Of a DNA stretch of 64,000 bases, positions 18,765 to 29,953 are shown piece after piece; position 1 is the first letter of the stretch; each line of letters opens with the position of its first letter. The DNA is taken from NCBI GenBank assembly GCA_044222185.1, contig JBGANV010000011.1, forward strand, positions 96,001-160,000. The letters are read 5' to 3'. Source of the DNA: Planctomycetota bacterium. GTDB taxonomy: Bacteria > Planctomycetota > GCA-002687715 > CAIWVZ01. Below the pieces are notes generated by a model. The model did no database searches. It saw only the letters and a program-made list of their open reading frames with translations, and was not told the origin of the DNA. A program made the translations under genes and the position numbers.

Positions 18765-21700
18765 TCACTGGAACGTGACCGACGCCACGTTCGAGTGCCC
18801 CGTCGGCGTGAACGTCGCCGGGTTGAACGTGCTCGTCAGTCCGTAGAGCGTGATGCCGTTCAGGGCCGGCGTCACGGTGAAGGGCGGCAGCACGAACGAG
18901 GATCCACCGGTCGGATCGAGCTGTCCCACGAACGGCGGAGCGCCGGCGAGGAACTGGTCGATCAGATCCGGCAGGCCGATCGTCAGCCCGAACCAGAAGC
19001 CCGTGCCAGGACTCGTGCCGTTCGTCGGATCGACGGAGAACGCCGAGAAGTACGCGGCGCCCGCGGGTCCGAACGTGTTGACGGCAGCGAGCGAGCCGGT
19101 CCCCAGCGGCTGGGAGAGCGCAAACAGCAGGTCGTACAGCGTGAGCGACGCGGGCGTGCTCGTGACCTGCTGGCCACAGGCGTCCGTGACGACCACCGTG
19201 TAATTGCCGACCGAGCCGGCACCGACGGACGGGATCGTGAAGGTGCTGCCCGTCGCGCCCGAAATCGGGCTGCCGTTCAGGCGCCACTGGTACGTGAGGA
19301 ACCCGATGCCCGTCGCGCTCACCGAGAAGCTCACGGGATGACCGATGACGCCGTTCTGGTTCGCCGGCTGCGTCGTGATCAAGGGCGGCAGGGCGATCAC
19401 CGTGACCGTCTGCGTGCACGTCGCGACGTGGTTCGACGTGTCCAGCACGAGCCAGGTGACCTGGCTGGTGCCGGCGAAGAAGACGGGCGGCGCGTTGTTC
19501 GAGATCGACAGGATCCCACAGTTGTCACTGACGGTCGGCGTCCCGAGTGACACGTTCGTCGCGATGCACTGGCCTGGGATGCTGTTCACGGTCACGTTGG
19601 GTGGACAGGTGATCGTCGGCGCGGCGATGTCGACGATCGTGAACGTGGTCGTGCACGTCGTCGTGTTGCTCGATCCGTCCGTCGCCGTGAACGTGATGGT
19701 GTTCGGCCCCAGATTCCCGATCGAACCCGCGGCGGGTGACTGCGTGATCACGACCGCGCCGCAGTCGTCGGAGGCAACGACGCCCGATCGCAGGTCCGGG
19801 ACCGTCGCATGGCACGCGCCGTCGGCGATCGCCTGCGCGCCTTGTGCGCACGTGGTGATCGTCGGCGCCGTCGTATCGAGGACGGTGAACGTGGCCGAGC
19901 ACGTCGCCGTGTTGTTCGCCGCATCCGTCACCGTGAAGGTCACGGCGTGCGGGCCCAAGCCGGTCGAGCTTCCCGGTGCGGGGACTTGCGACACGGTGAC
20001 CGTGCCGCAGTTGTCCGCGGCGACGACGCCGGCGCGCATGTCCGGGACGGTCGCAGTGCAGGCCGGCCCGGCGGACGCCTGGGCGTTCGGCGCGCACGTC
20101 GTGATCACCGGCGCCGTGACGTCGACGACCGTGAACGTACGCGTGCACGTGGCGGCGTTCGATGCGGCGTCGACCACCGTGAAGGTGATCGTGTGCGGGC
20201 CGATGCCCGTCAGCGTGCCCGCGACCGGCGACTGCGTCACCGTCACGGCACTGCAGTTGTCCGTCGCGACGACGGCCGCGCGCATGTCAGGCACGGTCGC
20301 CTGGCATGACGCGTTGGCGTTCGCCTGGGTGTTCGAGCCGCAGGACGTGATGGTCGGCGCCGTCGTATCGACGACCGTGAAGATCGCCGTGCACGTTGTC
20401 GTGTTGCTCGACCCGTCCGTCACGGTGAACGTCACCGTGTGCGGACCGATACCGACTGCGGTGCCCGCCGTCGGCGACTGCGTCACGGCCACGGCGCCGC
20501 ACACGTCGCTGGCGATCACGCCGCTACGCATGTCGGGCACGTTCGCCTGGCACGTCGCGCCAGCCGATGCCTGAGCGTTCGCCGCGCAGGTCGTGATGAC
20601 CGGAGCGGTGACGTCGATCACCGTGAACGTGCGCGTGCAGGTCGAGCTGTTGCTCGCGGTGTCGGTGGCTGTCAGCGTCACCGTCTGCGGGCCCAGGCCC
20701 ACCAGCGTTCCAGGCGCCGGCGACTGCGACACCGTCACCGCGCTGCAGTTGTCCGTGGCGACGATCGCGGCCCGCATGTCGGGCACGGCGGCCTGGCAGG
20801 ACGCATTGGCGTTCGCCTGTGCGTTCACGCCGCAGTTGGTGATCACGGGGGCCGTCGTGTCGACGACCGTGAACACGCTCGTGCACGTCGTGGAGTTGCT
20901 GCTCGCATCGGTCACCGTGAACGTGATCGTGTGCGGACCAATCCCCTGAACCGATCCGATGCTCGGCGACTGCGAGATCGTCACCGATCCGCAGTTGTCC
21001 GATGCGACGACTCCCGCCCGGAGGTCCGGCAGCGTCGTCTGGCAAGCCGCGTTGGCGCTCGCCTGCGACGCCGGCGCGCAGCTCGTGATCGTCGGCGCGA
21101 CGATATCGATCACCGTGAACGTCGCCGTGCAGGTCGTGCTGTTGCTGGAGGTGTCCGACACGGTGAACGTGACGGTGTGCGGTCCGAAGCCCAGAAGTGT
21201 GCCGGGTGCTGGCGATTGGACGATCGTGACGCTCGTGCATCCGTCCGAAGCCAGGACGCCCGCGCGCATGTCCGGGACCGCGGCCTGGCAGTTCGTGTTG
21301 GCGATGCCCGATGCGTTGGACGCGCATTGCGTGATGACCGGTGCCGTCACGTCCAGGACCGTGAAGGTCGACGTGCAGGTGGACGAATTCGCGTGCGTGT
21401 CCGTCGCCGTGAACGTGATGGTGTGGGGCCCGACGCCCAGCACGGTTCCCGCGATCGGTGACTGCGCGAGAGTCACGCCGCCACAGTTGTCGGTCGCCGA
21501 GACGCCGCTGCGCAGGTCCGGCAGTGTCGCCTGGCACGTGGCGTTGCCGGCCGCCGAGCTGTTCGGGGCGCAGTTCGCAAACACCGGCGCCTGGGTGTCG
21601 TTGACCGTGACGGTGAACGAGCACGTCGTCGTCAGGTTCGCGAAGTCGACGGCCGTGTACGTGACGGTCGTCGTGCCCACGGGAAACGGCGCGCCCGGGC

Positions 21701-23288
21701 TGTGCGTCGACGTGAAGCTCGCGACGGTGCAGTTGTCGGTGGCGGTCGGCGGAGTCCACGAAACGTTCGCCGAGCAAAGGCCGTTCGCGGCGTTGACGAC
21801 GATGTTGGTCGGGCACCCGGTGATGACCGGCGGCACCGTGTCACCGAACAGCGACGTGGAGACCACCCACAGCTCGTTGCCGTGCACGCCGTCCTGCGCC
21901 TGGAAGAAGATGTTGTTGCCGGAGACCTTGAACCCCGCCGGGTTCGCATTGCCGTTGCCGGGGAACACGTCGGCGACGATCAGCGTCGTGGCCAGGGTTC
22001 CGTTGGAGTGGTACGGCTCGTTGCCGATCCCGTTGCCGCCATCGGCGGCGAACATGAGCCCGGAGCCGCAGCCGGTGACGATCGACGTGATGCTCCCCGG
22101 GCTCGCGCTGCCGGATCCCGCGAAGATGTCGCGAACGAGCACCGTGCCGGCATTCGTTCCGTCGCTCTTCCACAGCTCGGCGCCCGTCGAGCCGTCCGAG
22201 GCGCTGAAGTAGGCGACGCCTCCGGACTCGACCATGTTGATGATGCCGGACCCGGGGATCCCGGGGCGGATGTCCTTGACGATCGCCGTGCTGCCGCCGG
22301 GAACGGCTTTCCACAGTTCCAATCCCACGCTTCCGTTGTCGGCCGCGAAGAGGAGGTTTCCGTTCAGCGCGATCATGCTCACCGGGTTCGACGCTTGCGG
22401 ACCCGGGCGAACGTCGAGCGTCACCACGGTGCCGGCAGTCGTTCCGTCCGTCTGCCATAGCTCGTTGCCGATGACGCTGTCGTCGGCCGCGAAGTAGAGC
22501 AGGTTCCCGACGGCGACGAGGTTCGTCGGCGTCGCGTTGGACGCGCCGGGGCGGATGTCCTTCACGAGCTGCGTGCCCGCCGTGGTTCCGTCCGACACCC
22601 AAAGCTCGCGCCCGAGCACGCCATCCGTTGCGGCGAAGAAGAGCCGCGGAGGATTGCACGCCACGGTGATCGAGGTGGGGTTGCTGTTCACGCCTCCGAG
22701 CGGGTCGAACGCGATGTCCTTCACGAGCGTGACGTTGGTGCCGTCGAACCTGTACAACTCGATGCCGAAGGCCGTCGGGCCAGCGGCGATGGCGTTATCG
22801 GCTGCGAAGTACAACGCTCCGTTGTAGACCACGAGTTCGTGGGGGCTGGATCCGGGCGCCCCGGCCGCGAGGTCGAAGACCATCTGCGTTCCAGCGGTCG
22901 TGCCGTCGGTCCGCCAGAGCTCGACGCCGTTGGTCCCGTCCGTCGCCGTGAAGTAGACGAGCGAGTTGAAGAGGATCATGTTCGCGGGCGCTGACGGCTG
23001 CGGGCCCGGATTGATGTCCTTGATCAGAACCGTGCCGCCTACGGTCCCATCGCTCTTCCAGAGCTCGGCCCCGAGGCTGCCGTTGTCGGCCGACATGATC
23101 ATCGCGCCGTTGAAGTTGATGAACTGCGACGGGTTGGACCCGCCGTTGCCGGGACGGATTTCGATGAGCGTCGCCTGTCCGGCAGCGTTAAGCGCCGTCA
23201 ACGTGATTAACGCCGCAACACATGCGGCAACGCGCAGAGTTCCAACGAGCCTGCCGAAACCTGCTGGGAATGACTGATCGCACTGCAT
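18765..23288 (-). CDS. Large adhesin-like protein: ELWxxDGT beta-propeller + 10 HYR-like domains + Ig domain + C-terminal module (type A)
   Basis: About 9 ELWxxDGT-like repeats; ten D(T/V/I)xxPxxxxC repeats; ITTQP...YQW Ig domain; start chosen at MQCDQ (signal ends LNAAG|Q). Confidence 0.9.
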   Translation of the reverse strand: MQCDQSFPAGFGRLVGTLRVAACVAALITLTALNAAGQATLIEIRPGNGGSNPSQFINFNGAMIMSADNGSLGAELWKSDGTVGGTVLIKDINPGPQPSAPANMILFNSLVYFTATDGTNGVELWRTDGTTAGTQMVFDLAAGAPGSSPHELVVYNGALYFAADNAIAAGPTAFGIELYRFDGTNVTLVKDIAFDPLGGVNSNPTSITVACNPPRLFFAATDGVLGRELWVSDGTTAGTQLVKDIRPGASNATPTNLVAVGNLLYFAADDSVIGNELWQTDGTTAGTVVTLDVRPGPQASNPVSMIALNGNLLFAADNGSVGLELWKAVPGGSTAIVKDIRPGIPGSGIINMVESGGVAYFSASDGSTGAELWKSDGTNAGTVLVRDIFAGSGSASPGSITSIVTGCGSGLMFAADGGNGIGNEPYHSNGTLATTLIVADVFPGNGNANPAGFKVSGNNIFFQAQDGVHGNELWVVSTSLFGDTVPPVITGCPTNIVVNAANGLCSANVSWTPPTATDNCTVASFTSTHSPGAPFPVGTTTVTYTAVDFANLTTTCSFTVTVNDTQAPVFANCAPNSSAAGNATCQATLPDLRSGVSATDNCGGVTLAQSPIAGTVLGVGPHTITFTATDTHANSSTCTSTFTVLDVTAPVITQCASNASGIANTNCQAAVPDMRAGVLASDGCTSVTIVQSPAPGTLLGFGPHTVTFTVSDTSSNSTTCTATFTVIDIVAPTITSCAPASQASANAACQTTLPDLRAGVVASDNCGSVTISQSPSIGSVQGIGPHTITFTVTDASSNSTTCTSVFTVVDTTAPVITNCGVNAQANANASCQAAVPDMRAAIVATDNCSAVTVSQSPAPGTLVGLGPQTVTLTATDTASNSSTCTRTFTVIDVTAPVITTCAANAQASAGATCQANVPDMRSGVIASDVCGAVAVTQSPTAGTAVGIGPHTVTFTVTDGSSNTTTCTAIFTVVDTTAPTITSCGSNTQANANASCQATVPDMRAAVVATDNCSAVTVTQSPVAGTLTGIGPHTITFTVVDAASNAATCTRTFTVVDVTAPVITTCAPNAQASAGPACTATVPDMRAGVVAADNCGTVTVSQVPAPGSSTGLGPHAVTFTVTDAANNTATCSATFTVLDTTAPTITTCAQGAQAIADGACHATVPDLRSGVVASDDCGAVVITQSPAAGSIGNLGPNTITFTATDGSSNTTTCTTTFTIVDIAAPTITCPPNVTVNSIPGQCIATNVSLGTPTVSDNCGILSISNNAPPVFFAGTSQVTWLVLDTSNHVATCTQTVTVIALPPLITTQPANQNGVIGHPVSFSVSATGIGFLTYQWRLNGSPISGATGSTFTIPSVGAGSVGNYTVVVTDACGQQVTSTPASLTLYDLLFALSQPLGTGSLAAVNTFGPAGAAYFSAFSVDPTNGTSPGTGFWFGLTIGLPDLIDQFLAGAPPFVGQLDPTGGSSFVLPPFTVTPALNGITLYGLTSTFNPATFTPTGHSNVASVTFQ
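19395..21842 (-). repeat. Intragenic tandem array of ten ~80-aa HYR-like repeats, mostly with 4 Cys each
   Basis: Repeated unit DxTAPxITxC...CQAxxPDxR..V.A.DNC..V...QSP..G.....GPHT.TFT.TD...N..TC...FTV; boundaries approximate. Confidence 0.85.
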
Positions 23289-24090
23289 GAAAGGGACCTC
23301 TTCGACCACGCGATGAGCGAAAGGGACACCGGGCCACTGCGCGCCGGTTCGTTCGCCGATGAGAGATAGAAACCCCAACCTGAGCGAGCGAGATTTCTTT
23401 CGTAACCAACAGGTGCAAAGCAGGTTGACGCATTCTCGGGATGCCCGTTCGGACGGCGATCGGCGCCTCCGTCGCAACGACGAAGAGCGGGGGCGGGGCC
23501 GAAGGTCGCGCACTCCGACGAAGACGGCTTCACACCGGATCAGGCCCCAGGCCCGGCCTCACGCGTCCACCACGCGGAGGCCGGTCCGTTCACGGGGCCA
23601 TGAACTCGAACGGCGCCATCGCAACGCCCGAGCCGAAACCGGAATTCCGGCTCGGACGAGAGCGCGGTCCGAACCGCAGCGACCCATGCGGCGCGCCAGC
23701 GCACGAGACCTCGCGTCGACCCCAGCGCGCCGTGAGACTCGTTGCGCGAGTGGTCCCGCGGCAAATCTCGCGCGGCCGTACCGGTTCACGTCGCGCGGAG
23801 TCCTCCGGGATGCGGAGGCGCAACGTCCTGCTCCCGTCATGCGCAGGCTCGCATCACCCAGCGTGTGCGGTCGCCACGCGAACCGTTGGAACGCTCGTCA
23901 CGACGGCTCGCGAGCCGTTCCTCGGATGCGACGTTTCACGCCATGCCGTTCCCGGTCGACGAGGAGCCGGTCCTGCCCGTCGATGGGCACGGGCCCTTGG
24001 CCGCTGATCGCGCTCGGGTGGCGACGCGACGAGCACGGCGGTCCCGATGACAGGCGGGCAGACGCCGGAGGACACGTCGTGCCCGCGCCG

Positions 24091-26205
24091 TCACGGCACG
24101 TTCAACACGCGATCCTGCGAGATGTGAAACGCGCCATTCGGCGCCGACGTGTCCAGCACGAACCCCTGGAAGTAGAGCGTTGTGCCCGACGGCAAGCCCG
24201 TAGGACCGAACGTGTACGTGAACGTGTAGAGGCCGCATCCATCGGTCGCCGCTGACGGATTCGGCGATGAGAAGACACCGGGTCCGTCGGCGAGCGGCGC
24301 GAACGGCGCGCCGAGCGACACGTTGATCGTCCCGAGGGCGCCCAAGCTCGTGGGGCCGGGCTGCGTCCCCGCGAGCAGAAGCACGAGCCCGCCAACCTTC
24401 GAGCTGAGGATCGTCGCGCCGAACGTGGAGTTGGCGGTCCCGTGGCCGGCGAGCGTCAGGTTGGCGGACTGAGGCACGAGCGCCTGTCGCACGTAGCGCG
24501 TGGTCGTGAGCGGCGCGGCCGAGCCCGGCGCGTTGAACGACGTCAGGATCCCCGAGTTCCCCGACGGCGACTCGATCCCGCGTGTGGCACTCGCCCCACC
24601 GTCGGTCGTCTGAAGGATCGTCGTCGACACGGTGCCAGTCGTCTCGTCGACGATGATCTCGAACGACTCGGGATTGGTGGTGCCGAACCGGTAGACGCCC
24701 GACCACTGCACGGCGAAGCGGCGATTGGGCGGCTGCCCGACGACGCCCCAGGTGATGCTCCCGCTGCCGGGAGGAGCTCCGACGTGAAGGTCGTCCCAAT
24801 ATCCCGCGATGAAACCATCGGGGGCTCCACTCGTCGGGATCGCCACGTTCTGCCAGAGGTTGCCCGCCGTCGACGGCATGTAGAGGTAGCCGTTCGTCGA
24901 GATGCCGATCTGCGTCAGCGTCATGTCGAAGAACGGCAGCGCGAGCCCTCCGGGAAGCGTGACGACCATGCCGATGTCGTCGCCCGTCGGGCCGGGCTGT
25001 CCCACGCCCGTCAACACGACGTGATCGAACGGGACTGACGGGTTCTGCGTGTAGACCGTGGCCGTCGGCACCACGGGCGGCGGCGGGCACGAGTACGGCT
25101 TGTAGGGAATGAGCGTGAACCCTGTCGGCGCACCGCCCACGGCGATGAACGCGAACGTGTACGTCGTCCCCCATCGGATGGCGTTCGCCGTCTGGTTCTG
25201 GAGCCACGTCTCCCCCGCCCATGAGATGGACGAACTCGTGATCGTCGGCGTCCAGTCCGTACCCGAGATGGTCTCGCCCGAGTGGTAATCGACGTCGTGG
25301 AAGTAGGCGCCGAAGACCTGGGTTCCGGGAGTCAGGTCGACGTGGAACTCCTGGCACGCACGTTCGGAGTTCAAGTTGTGGACGGCGTAGACGACCGTCT
25401 GCACGCCGGGGCTCCACGTCGTGACCTTGCGCCCGACGATGAAACGCCCGTCGGGAACGTCGACGTACTGGATCGTCACCAGCGGATCGTAGGCGGCCCA
25501 GGCTTCGATGGCCGCGTGCTGCTGGACGGTCGAACCCGTCAAGGCGAGGGTGTAGTTCCCCGCCGTCCCGCCAACGGTGCACGGACGCCACGACGCGTTG
25601 TTCGCGGTGTTGCCCGCCGTCGCGTCGTCAGGCGTGACGTACTGCCCCTCGGCGATGTAGACGGCACCTGCATTTACCGCCGGATCCAGGTCCGATTCGT
25701 GGACCTGGAGGCGACGGTCGATGATCGTGGCGAACGGCGGCGCGGAGAATGGATAGGGAAACACGCCCGTCGTGGGATTCACCTGCGAACGAGGCCCGAG
25801 GATCGGCTGGTTTCCATTGGTCCCCGAGCCGTAGGGATCGGAGCACCCGACGCCCATGATCTGGCTGTTGTTCGGGTTCTGGCACGTGCCGCAGAGGTTG
25901 CCCGTCGACGAGCCGAATCCGTGCTTCACCCACGACATTCCGACCTGCTCGAACCGACCGTTCAGGATCCGGAACAAGCTCTGGGAGATGGCGGGGTGGT
26001 GGTTCGTCGCGGCCTCCCACGGCATGGGCTGGCTGCCCACGTTGCACGACGTCGTACCGAGCGCGAAAGCGGCGATGCCGCCGATCGACCCGTAGTTCGT
26101 GGGCGCGGTGAGGTCGCCGACGATGACGTCAGGACCCACGCCTTGAGCGAGCGATGTGAACGCCGTGACGGACGCGACGGTGAGCGCGGCGACGATGGGT
26201 TTCAT
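24091..26205 (-). CDS. Exported multidomain protein (planctomycete-type N-domain, nidogen-like middle) with C-terminal module (type B)
   Basis: Signal ...FTSLA|Q; GPDVIVGDL, GTTSCNVG, GRFEQVGMSWVKHGF, GCSDPY; ISTNGY..IAGYWDDL..VQW; tail GTTLYFQGFVLD..APNG. Confidence 0.85.
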   Translation of the reverse strand: MKPIVAALTVASVTAFTSLAQGVGPDVIVGDLTAPTNYGSIGGIAAFALGTTSCNVGSQPMPWEAATNHHPAISQSLFRILNGRFEQVGMSWVKHGFGSSTGNLCGTCQNPNNSQIMGVGCSDPYGSGTNGNQPILGPRSQVNPTTGVFPYPFSAPPFATIIDRRLQVHESDLDPAVNAGAVYIAEGQYVTPDDATAGNTANNASWRPCTVGGTAGNYTLALTGSTVQQHAAIEAWAAYDPLVTIQYVDVPDGRFIVGRKVTTWSPGVQTVVYAVHNLNSERACQEFHVDLTPGTQVFGAYFHDVDYHSGETISGTDWTPTITSSSISWAGETWLQNQTANAIRWGTTYTFAFIAVGGAPTGFTLIPYKPYSCPPPPVVPTATVYTQNPSVPFDHVVLTGVGQPGPTGDDIGMVVTLPGGLALPFFDMTLTQIGISTNGYLYMPSTAGNLWQNVAIPTSGAPDGFIAGYWDDLHVGAPPGSGSITWGVVGQPPNRRFAVQWSGVYRFGTTNPESFEIIVDETTGTVSTTILQTTDGGASATRGIESPSGNSGILTSFNAPGSAAPLTTTRYVRQALVPQSANLTLAGHGTANSTFGATILSSKVGGLVLLLAGTQPGPTSLGALGTINVSLGAPFAPLADGPGVFSSPNPSAATDGCGLYTFTYTFGPTGLPSGTTLYFQGFVLDTSAPNGAFHISQDRVLNVP

Positions 26206-26292
26206 GAGTGTCCTCGGGAGGGCCGCGAGTCTACCCGGGAACCCAAAGGCGTGCCGTCGATGCGGGAATGGCCGCCGCGTTCCGCACCGCCG

Positions 26293-27744
26293 TCACTGGA
26301 TCGTCACGCGAAGTCCGTTCGATGCGGAGAAGACTCCGTTCGCCGCGCCAGGGTCGAAACCCGCGTACTGGAACCAGATCTGCGCCCCTGCGGGGACGGC
26401 GGGCGGAAGCGTCCAGCCGATGGAGTAGGCCCCGACCGCATTCAGCGTGACGTAGAGCGGCGGGAAGATCGTTCCGCCGAGCAGGAGCGTGCAGCCCTGG
26501 ATCGGCGTCGCGCCAGCGGCCGTCGCAAGCAGCAGCACGCCGCTCCCGAGCACCTGCCCGTTCGTGACGTCGACGCCCGCGACGTGGTTCGGCCTGGGAT
26601 CGCCGAACGCCGCGAGGATCGGCGTGCGGTTCGCGCTCCCGGGACAACCGACGCCATAGGTCGACGTGGGCTCGTTCCACTTCACGACGTTCGCCGACCC
26701 GGTGCCGTCCACGCTCGAGAAGATCCCGCCGACGGCCAGGTCCACGCCCCACGGGGACAACGCGTACGCCGCCTGCACGGTGCCGCCGCTCGACATGTAA
26801 TTGGCGACGGGTGACCACGCGTAGCCATTCCACTTCGCGACGTTCGCCGCGGGAAGCCCGCCGGCCGTCGTGAAGATGCCGCCGGCGATCAGGTCACCGG
26901 CATAGGACGTCACGGCCAGCACGTAGCCATACACGCCGCCTCCGATTCCGGAGCCGAAGCCCGACCAGCTCGTGCCGTTCCACGCCGCGACGTCGTGGGC
27001 CGGGACTCCGCCGGCCGTGGCGAAGAGCCCTCCAACGACGAGTTGCCCGTTCCAGTTGGTGATCGAATACGGGATGTTGTTGATGCCACTGCCGAGTGCG
27101 GACCACGCCGTGCCGTTCCACTTGGCGACGTGGCTCGCCGGGTTTCCGCCGGCCGACGTGAAGAAACCCGCGGCGATGAGATCGGCGCCGTAGGTGCCGA
27201 CGGCCATGACCTGGCCCTGCGTCCCGCCGGACCCGCTGCCGAGCGGCGCCCAGTTGTTGCCGTCCCAGCTCGCGATGTGATTGGCGGGCCCGTTCGCGTC
27301 GGTGAAATAACCGCCAGCGATCAGCTTGTTGTTCCACACGCCGAGGCACTGGACCTGGGAGTTCATTCCGCCCTCGAGGTCGGTCCATGCCGTGCCGTCC
27401 CAACTCGCGATGAAGTTGACGTTCACGGCGCCCGCGTTCACGAAGCTGCCGCCGGCGATCAGGTTCCCCTGGTAGACGGTGAGCGCCCAGACGTCTCCAT
27501 CGAGACCCGAGCCGAGCGCCGACCACGACGTTCCGTTGAATCGCGCGATGTGGCTCGCCTGAACGCCGCCGGCCCAGGTGAACTTGCCACCGGCGATCAG
27601 ATCGCCGTTCCAGACCGTCGTGGCGTACACCCAGTCGCTCACGCCGCCGGCGAGCGTGGACCACGTCTGCGCTGGTGCGGATGACAGGACGACGCACGTG
27701 ACGACCGCCACTGCGGCTGCGCGGCAGAACTGAACGTGACTCAT
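26293..27744 (-). CDS. Exported beta-propeller repeat protein (W[ND]GxxW repeats) with C-terminal module (type B)
   Basis: About 7 repeats of LIAGG.F..AGG..A..IA.WNG..WS.LGSG; signal SSAPA|Q; tail GAQIWFQYAGFDPGAANG..SASNGLRV. Confidence 0.88.
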   Translation of the reverse strand: MSHVQFCRAAAVAVVTCVVLSSAPAQTWSTLAGGVSDWVYATTVWNGDLIAGGKFTWAGGVQASHIARFNGTSWSALGSGLDGDVWALTVYQGNLIAGGSFVNAGAVNVNFIASWDGTAWTDLEGGMNSQVQCLGVWNNKLIAGGYFTDANGPANHIASWDGNNWAPLGSGSGGTQGQVMAVGTYGADLIAAGFFTSAGGNPASHVAKWNGTAWSALGSGINNIPYSITNWNGQLVVGGLFATAGGVPAHDVAAWNGTSWSGFGSGIGGGVYGYVLAVTSYAGDLIAGGIFTTAGGLPAANVAKWNGYAWSPVANYMSSGGTVQAAYALSPWGVDLAVGGIFSSVDGTGSANVVKWNEPTSTYGVGCPGSANRTPILAAFGDPRPNHVAGVDVTNGQVLGSGVLLLATAAGATPIQGCTLLLGGTIFPPLYVTLNAVGAYSIGWTLPPAVPAGAQIWFQYAGFDPGAANGVFSASNGLRVTIQ

Positions 27745-28120
27745 GGCTGGGCTCCTCGATCAGATGGCAAGGCGTGACCTTCTGCGGGGCCCCAATCAGC
27801 AAGGTGCGGGCCGTGGCGCGAACGCACGGCGCAGCATTCTCGGCCGCGGAGTCTCGGGAACCGGTCGCGACACGGCACGTTCGCGCGTCGCCCGGAGCCA
27901 CAGGTCGGTTTTCGCTGGGGAAATCGGCTGTCTCGATGACGGCCCGAGCCTTCTTGCCGCGCGCCCTCCAGCATCGGAGGCGGCCAAGGTCGAGTCTCAT
28001 GCGCGCCTGCGGCGTGCGAGTGCACTCCGGTTTCACCAGACTCCGCGTAAGAAGTGCGGAGCGGGACGCACCAAACGGGCATACCCGGCTCGAAGCCCGC
28101 GCACACGATTCGGAGTCTCC

Positions 28121-28651
28121 ATGCAGATCCTCGCGATTTCAGGCAGCCTGCGGCGGCGCTCGTCGAACACCGCCGCGTTGCGCGCCGCCGCGTCGCTCGC
28201 CCTGCCGCCCGTGACGATCGTCCTCTACGACGGCCTGGCGGGACTCCCCCATTTCAACCCCGACATCGCCGACCCGCTGCCACGTCCGGTTGCGGAACTG
28301 CGGGGCTGCGTGCAGGCAGCGGACGCCCTCATCATCTCGTCTCCCGAATACGCGCGCGGGGTCCCCGGAAGCCTGAAGAATGCGCTCGACTGGCTCGTGG
28401 GAGGAATCGAGTTCGTCGACAAGCTCGTGGCGCTCGTCAATACGTCCCCGCGAGCGACGCACGCCCAGGCGTCGCTCGCGACCACCATCACCACCATGGC
28501 GGGTCGGCTCGTCCCGTCGGCCGACGTCACGCTTCCTCTCCTCGCGAAGGACATGGATGAGTTCGCAATCGCGTCCCATCCGACCTTCGCGGCCGAGCTC
28601 CGTCGCGGGATCGACGCGCTCGTCCGCGCCGTCAAGGAGCAGCGGCCCTGA
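28121..28651 (+). CDS. NADPH-dependent FMN reductase (second paralog)
   Basis: AISGSLRRRSSN, LPHFNPD, SPEYARGVPGSLKNALDWLV; RBS GGAG. Confidence 0.92.
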   Translation: MQILAISGSLRRRSSNTAALRAAASLALPPVTIVLYDGLAGLPHFNPDIADPLPRPVAELRGCVQAADALIISSPEYARGVPGSLKNALDWLVGGIEFVDKLVALVNTSPRATHAQASLATTITTMAGRLVPSADVTLPLLAKDMDEFAIASHPTFAAELRRGIDALVRAVKEQRP

Positions 28652-28691
28652 CGCATGCCACCACCGCATGCGTCCGGGCCGCGCTGCCCGA

Positions 28692-29819
28692 TCAGGCGGA
28701 GACGTAGAACGCGGCGGTGAACACCACGCCGCACGTCGAAGTGCTCGGCTGGAACACGAGTCCTTGCATGTTTGCGAGCGGCGTTCCCGGCAGGTACGGG
28801 GGAACCACCATCGTCTGCTTGGCATAGCCGCAGTTGTCGAGCCAGAAGAACGCGCCGATGAACGGTGCGAACGGGTCGAACACGATGTTGATGTCCGAGA
28901 ACGCGAAGGGTGTCCCGATGTCGATGATGCCCGTGCAACCGAAGTTGAATGCGCCTGGATTCTGCGGTCCGACGATGAGCACGAACGGCTGATTCGCCGG
29001 TCCGTTCCACTCGAGGGTCATGGTGCTGCCGGCGGGCGTCGTCACGGGGAAGGGTCCGCGAATGCCAGGAGCACCCGGAACGGTGTTCGCCGTCCGATTG
29101 ACGAAGAGAGACGCCGCGGCGCTGTTCGCTTGCCCCACGTTCGCGTAGTTGCCGTTGGCGACGGTCACGTACTGCCAATCCACGTCGGCACCCTGGGGCC
29201 CGCCGGCCGAGTCACCGAAGTACCAGCCGTTGGCTCCGGCGCCGCTTGCGGGCGCGATCGCCGGTCCAACGAGCGGCGCGCCGTCGACGAACAGTGTCAC
29301 GACGGTCAGGGGGCCGTTCGGAACGGCTTCGATGCGATAGGTGTGTTGGATGAAGATGCCGCCGGGTACTGCTGCCGGGACATAGCCCGAGTTCGTCTGC
29401 AGACCGATCGTCCCCGCGATGCAGTCCACCCCCAGCGCCACGTTTCCTCCGTGGACGGCCCCGAGGATGTTCGTCGTCCCGAACGACGCCAGGCCGACGA
29501 CCCGAAGGTTCGCCTCCAGCACCACGGGCAGCGCCGAGCTCAGCGTGACGGCCGTCGCCGGATATCCCGAGAACGTGCCGCCGTAGAAGAACGCTCCGAA
29601 GCTGTTGTTGGTTCCCGTACGTTGTTGCATCACGCCGCAGGTCGGGCTGAAGAGCGTTGCGCTGGGATAGGCCGTGAGATTCCCCAGGTTCACGTTGGCC
29701 GTCGCCGTCGGCATCGGCGTCGGCAGATCGAACTCGAAATGGAAGGCGAACGGCGCAACCTGTGCGGAAACGGCCGCGCAAAGGACGAGGGACGCGATCA
29801 AGGTGCTGAACGGACGCAT
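28692..29819 (-). CDS. Exported protein, lectin/beta-sandwich-like N-domain plus C-terminal module (type B variant)
   Basis: RBS AGGAG; signal MRPFSTLIASLVLCAAVSA|Q; HTYRI...LFVDG...FGD; GQAN..ASLFVN...; tail LPGTPLANMQGLV. Confidence 0.8.
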   Translation of the reverse strand: MRPFSTLIASLVLCAAVSAQVAPFAFHFEFDLPTPMPTATANVNLGNLTAYPSATLFSPTCGVMQQRTGTNNSFGAFFYGGTFSGYPATAVTLSSALPVVLEANLRVVGLASFGTTNILGAVHGGNVALGVDCIAGTIGLQTNSGYVPAAVPGGIFIQHTYRIEAVPNGPLTVVTLFVDGAPLVGPAIAPASGAGANGWYFGDSAGGPQGADVDWQYVTVANGNYANVGQANSAAASLFVNRTANTVPGAPGIRGPFPVTTPAGSTMTLEWNGPANQPFVLIVGPQNPGAFNFGCTGIIDIGTPFAFSDINIVFDPFAPFIGAFFWLDNCGYAKQTMVVPPYLPGTPLANMQGLVFQPSTSTCGVVFTAAFYVSA

Positions 29820-29953
29820 GACACAACTCCTGGGGGGGATGTGAATCAGACCCGGTGAACGCCCATCGGCGTCGCCGCTGGTGATGAGTGACGCCGTCTC
29901 CTCGAATTTGGACAGGAAGGTGGGGATCTTTTTCCTGCGGGTGTTCCCCGGAG

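Noticed and set aside
19395-21842. Regular ~245-bp DNA repeats
   Set aside because: Coding HYR-like repeats, not a CRISPR array; no spacers or cas genes
23290-24090. 800-bp intergenic region, possible riboswitch or ncRNA (AAAGGGAC twice)
   Set aside because: No recognisable RNA family consensus; needs an Infernal/Rfam scan
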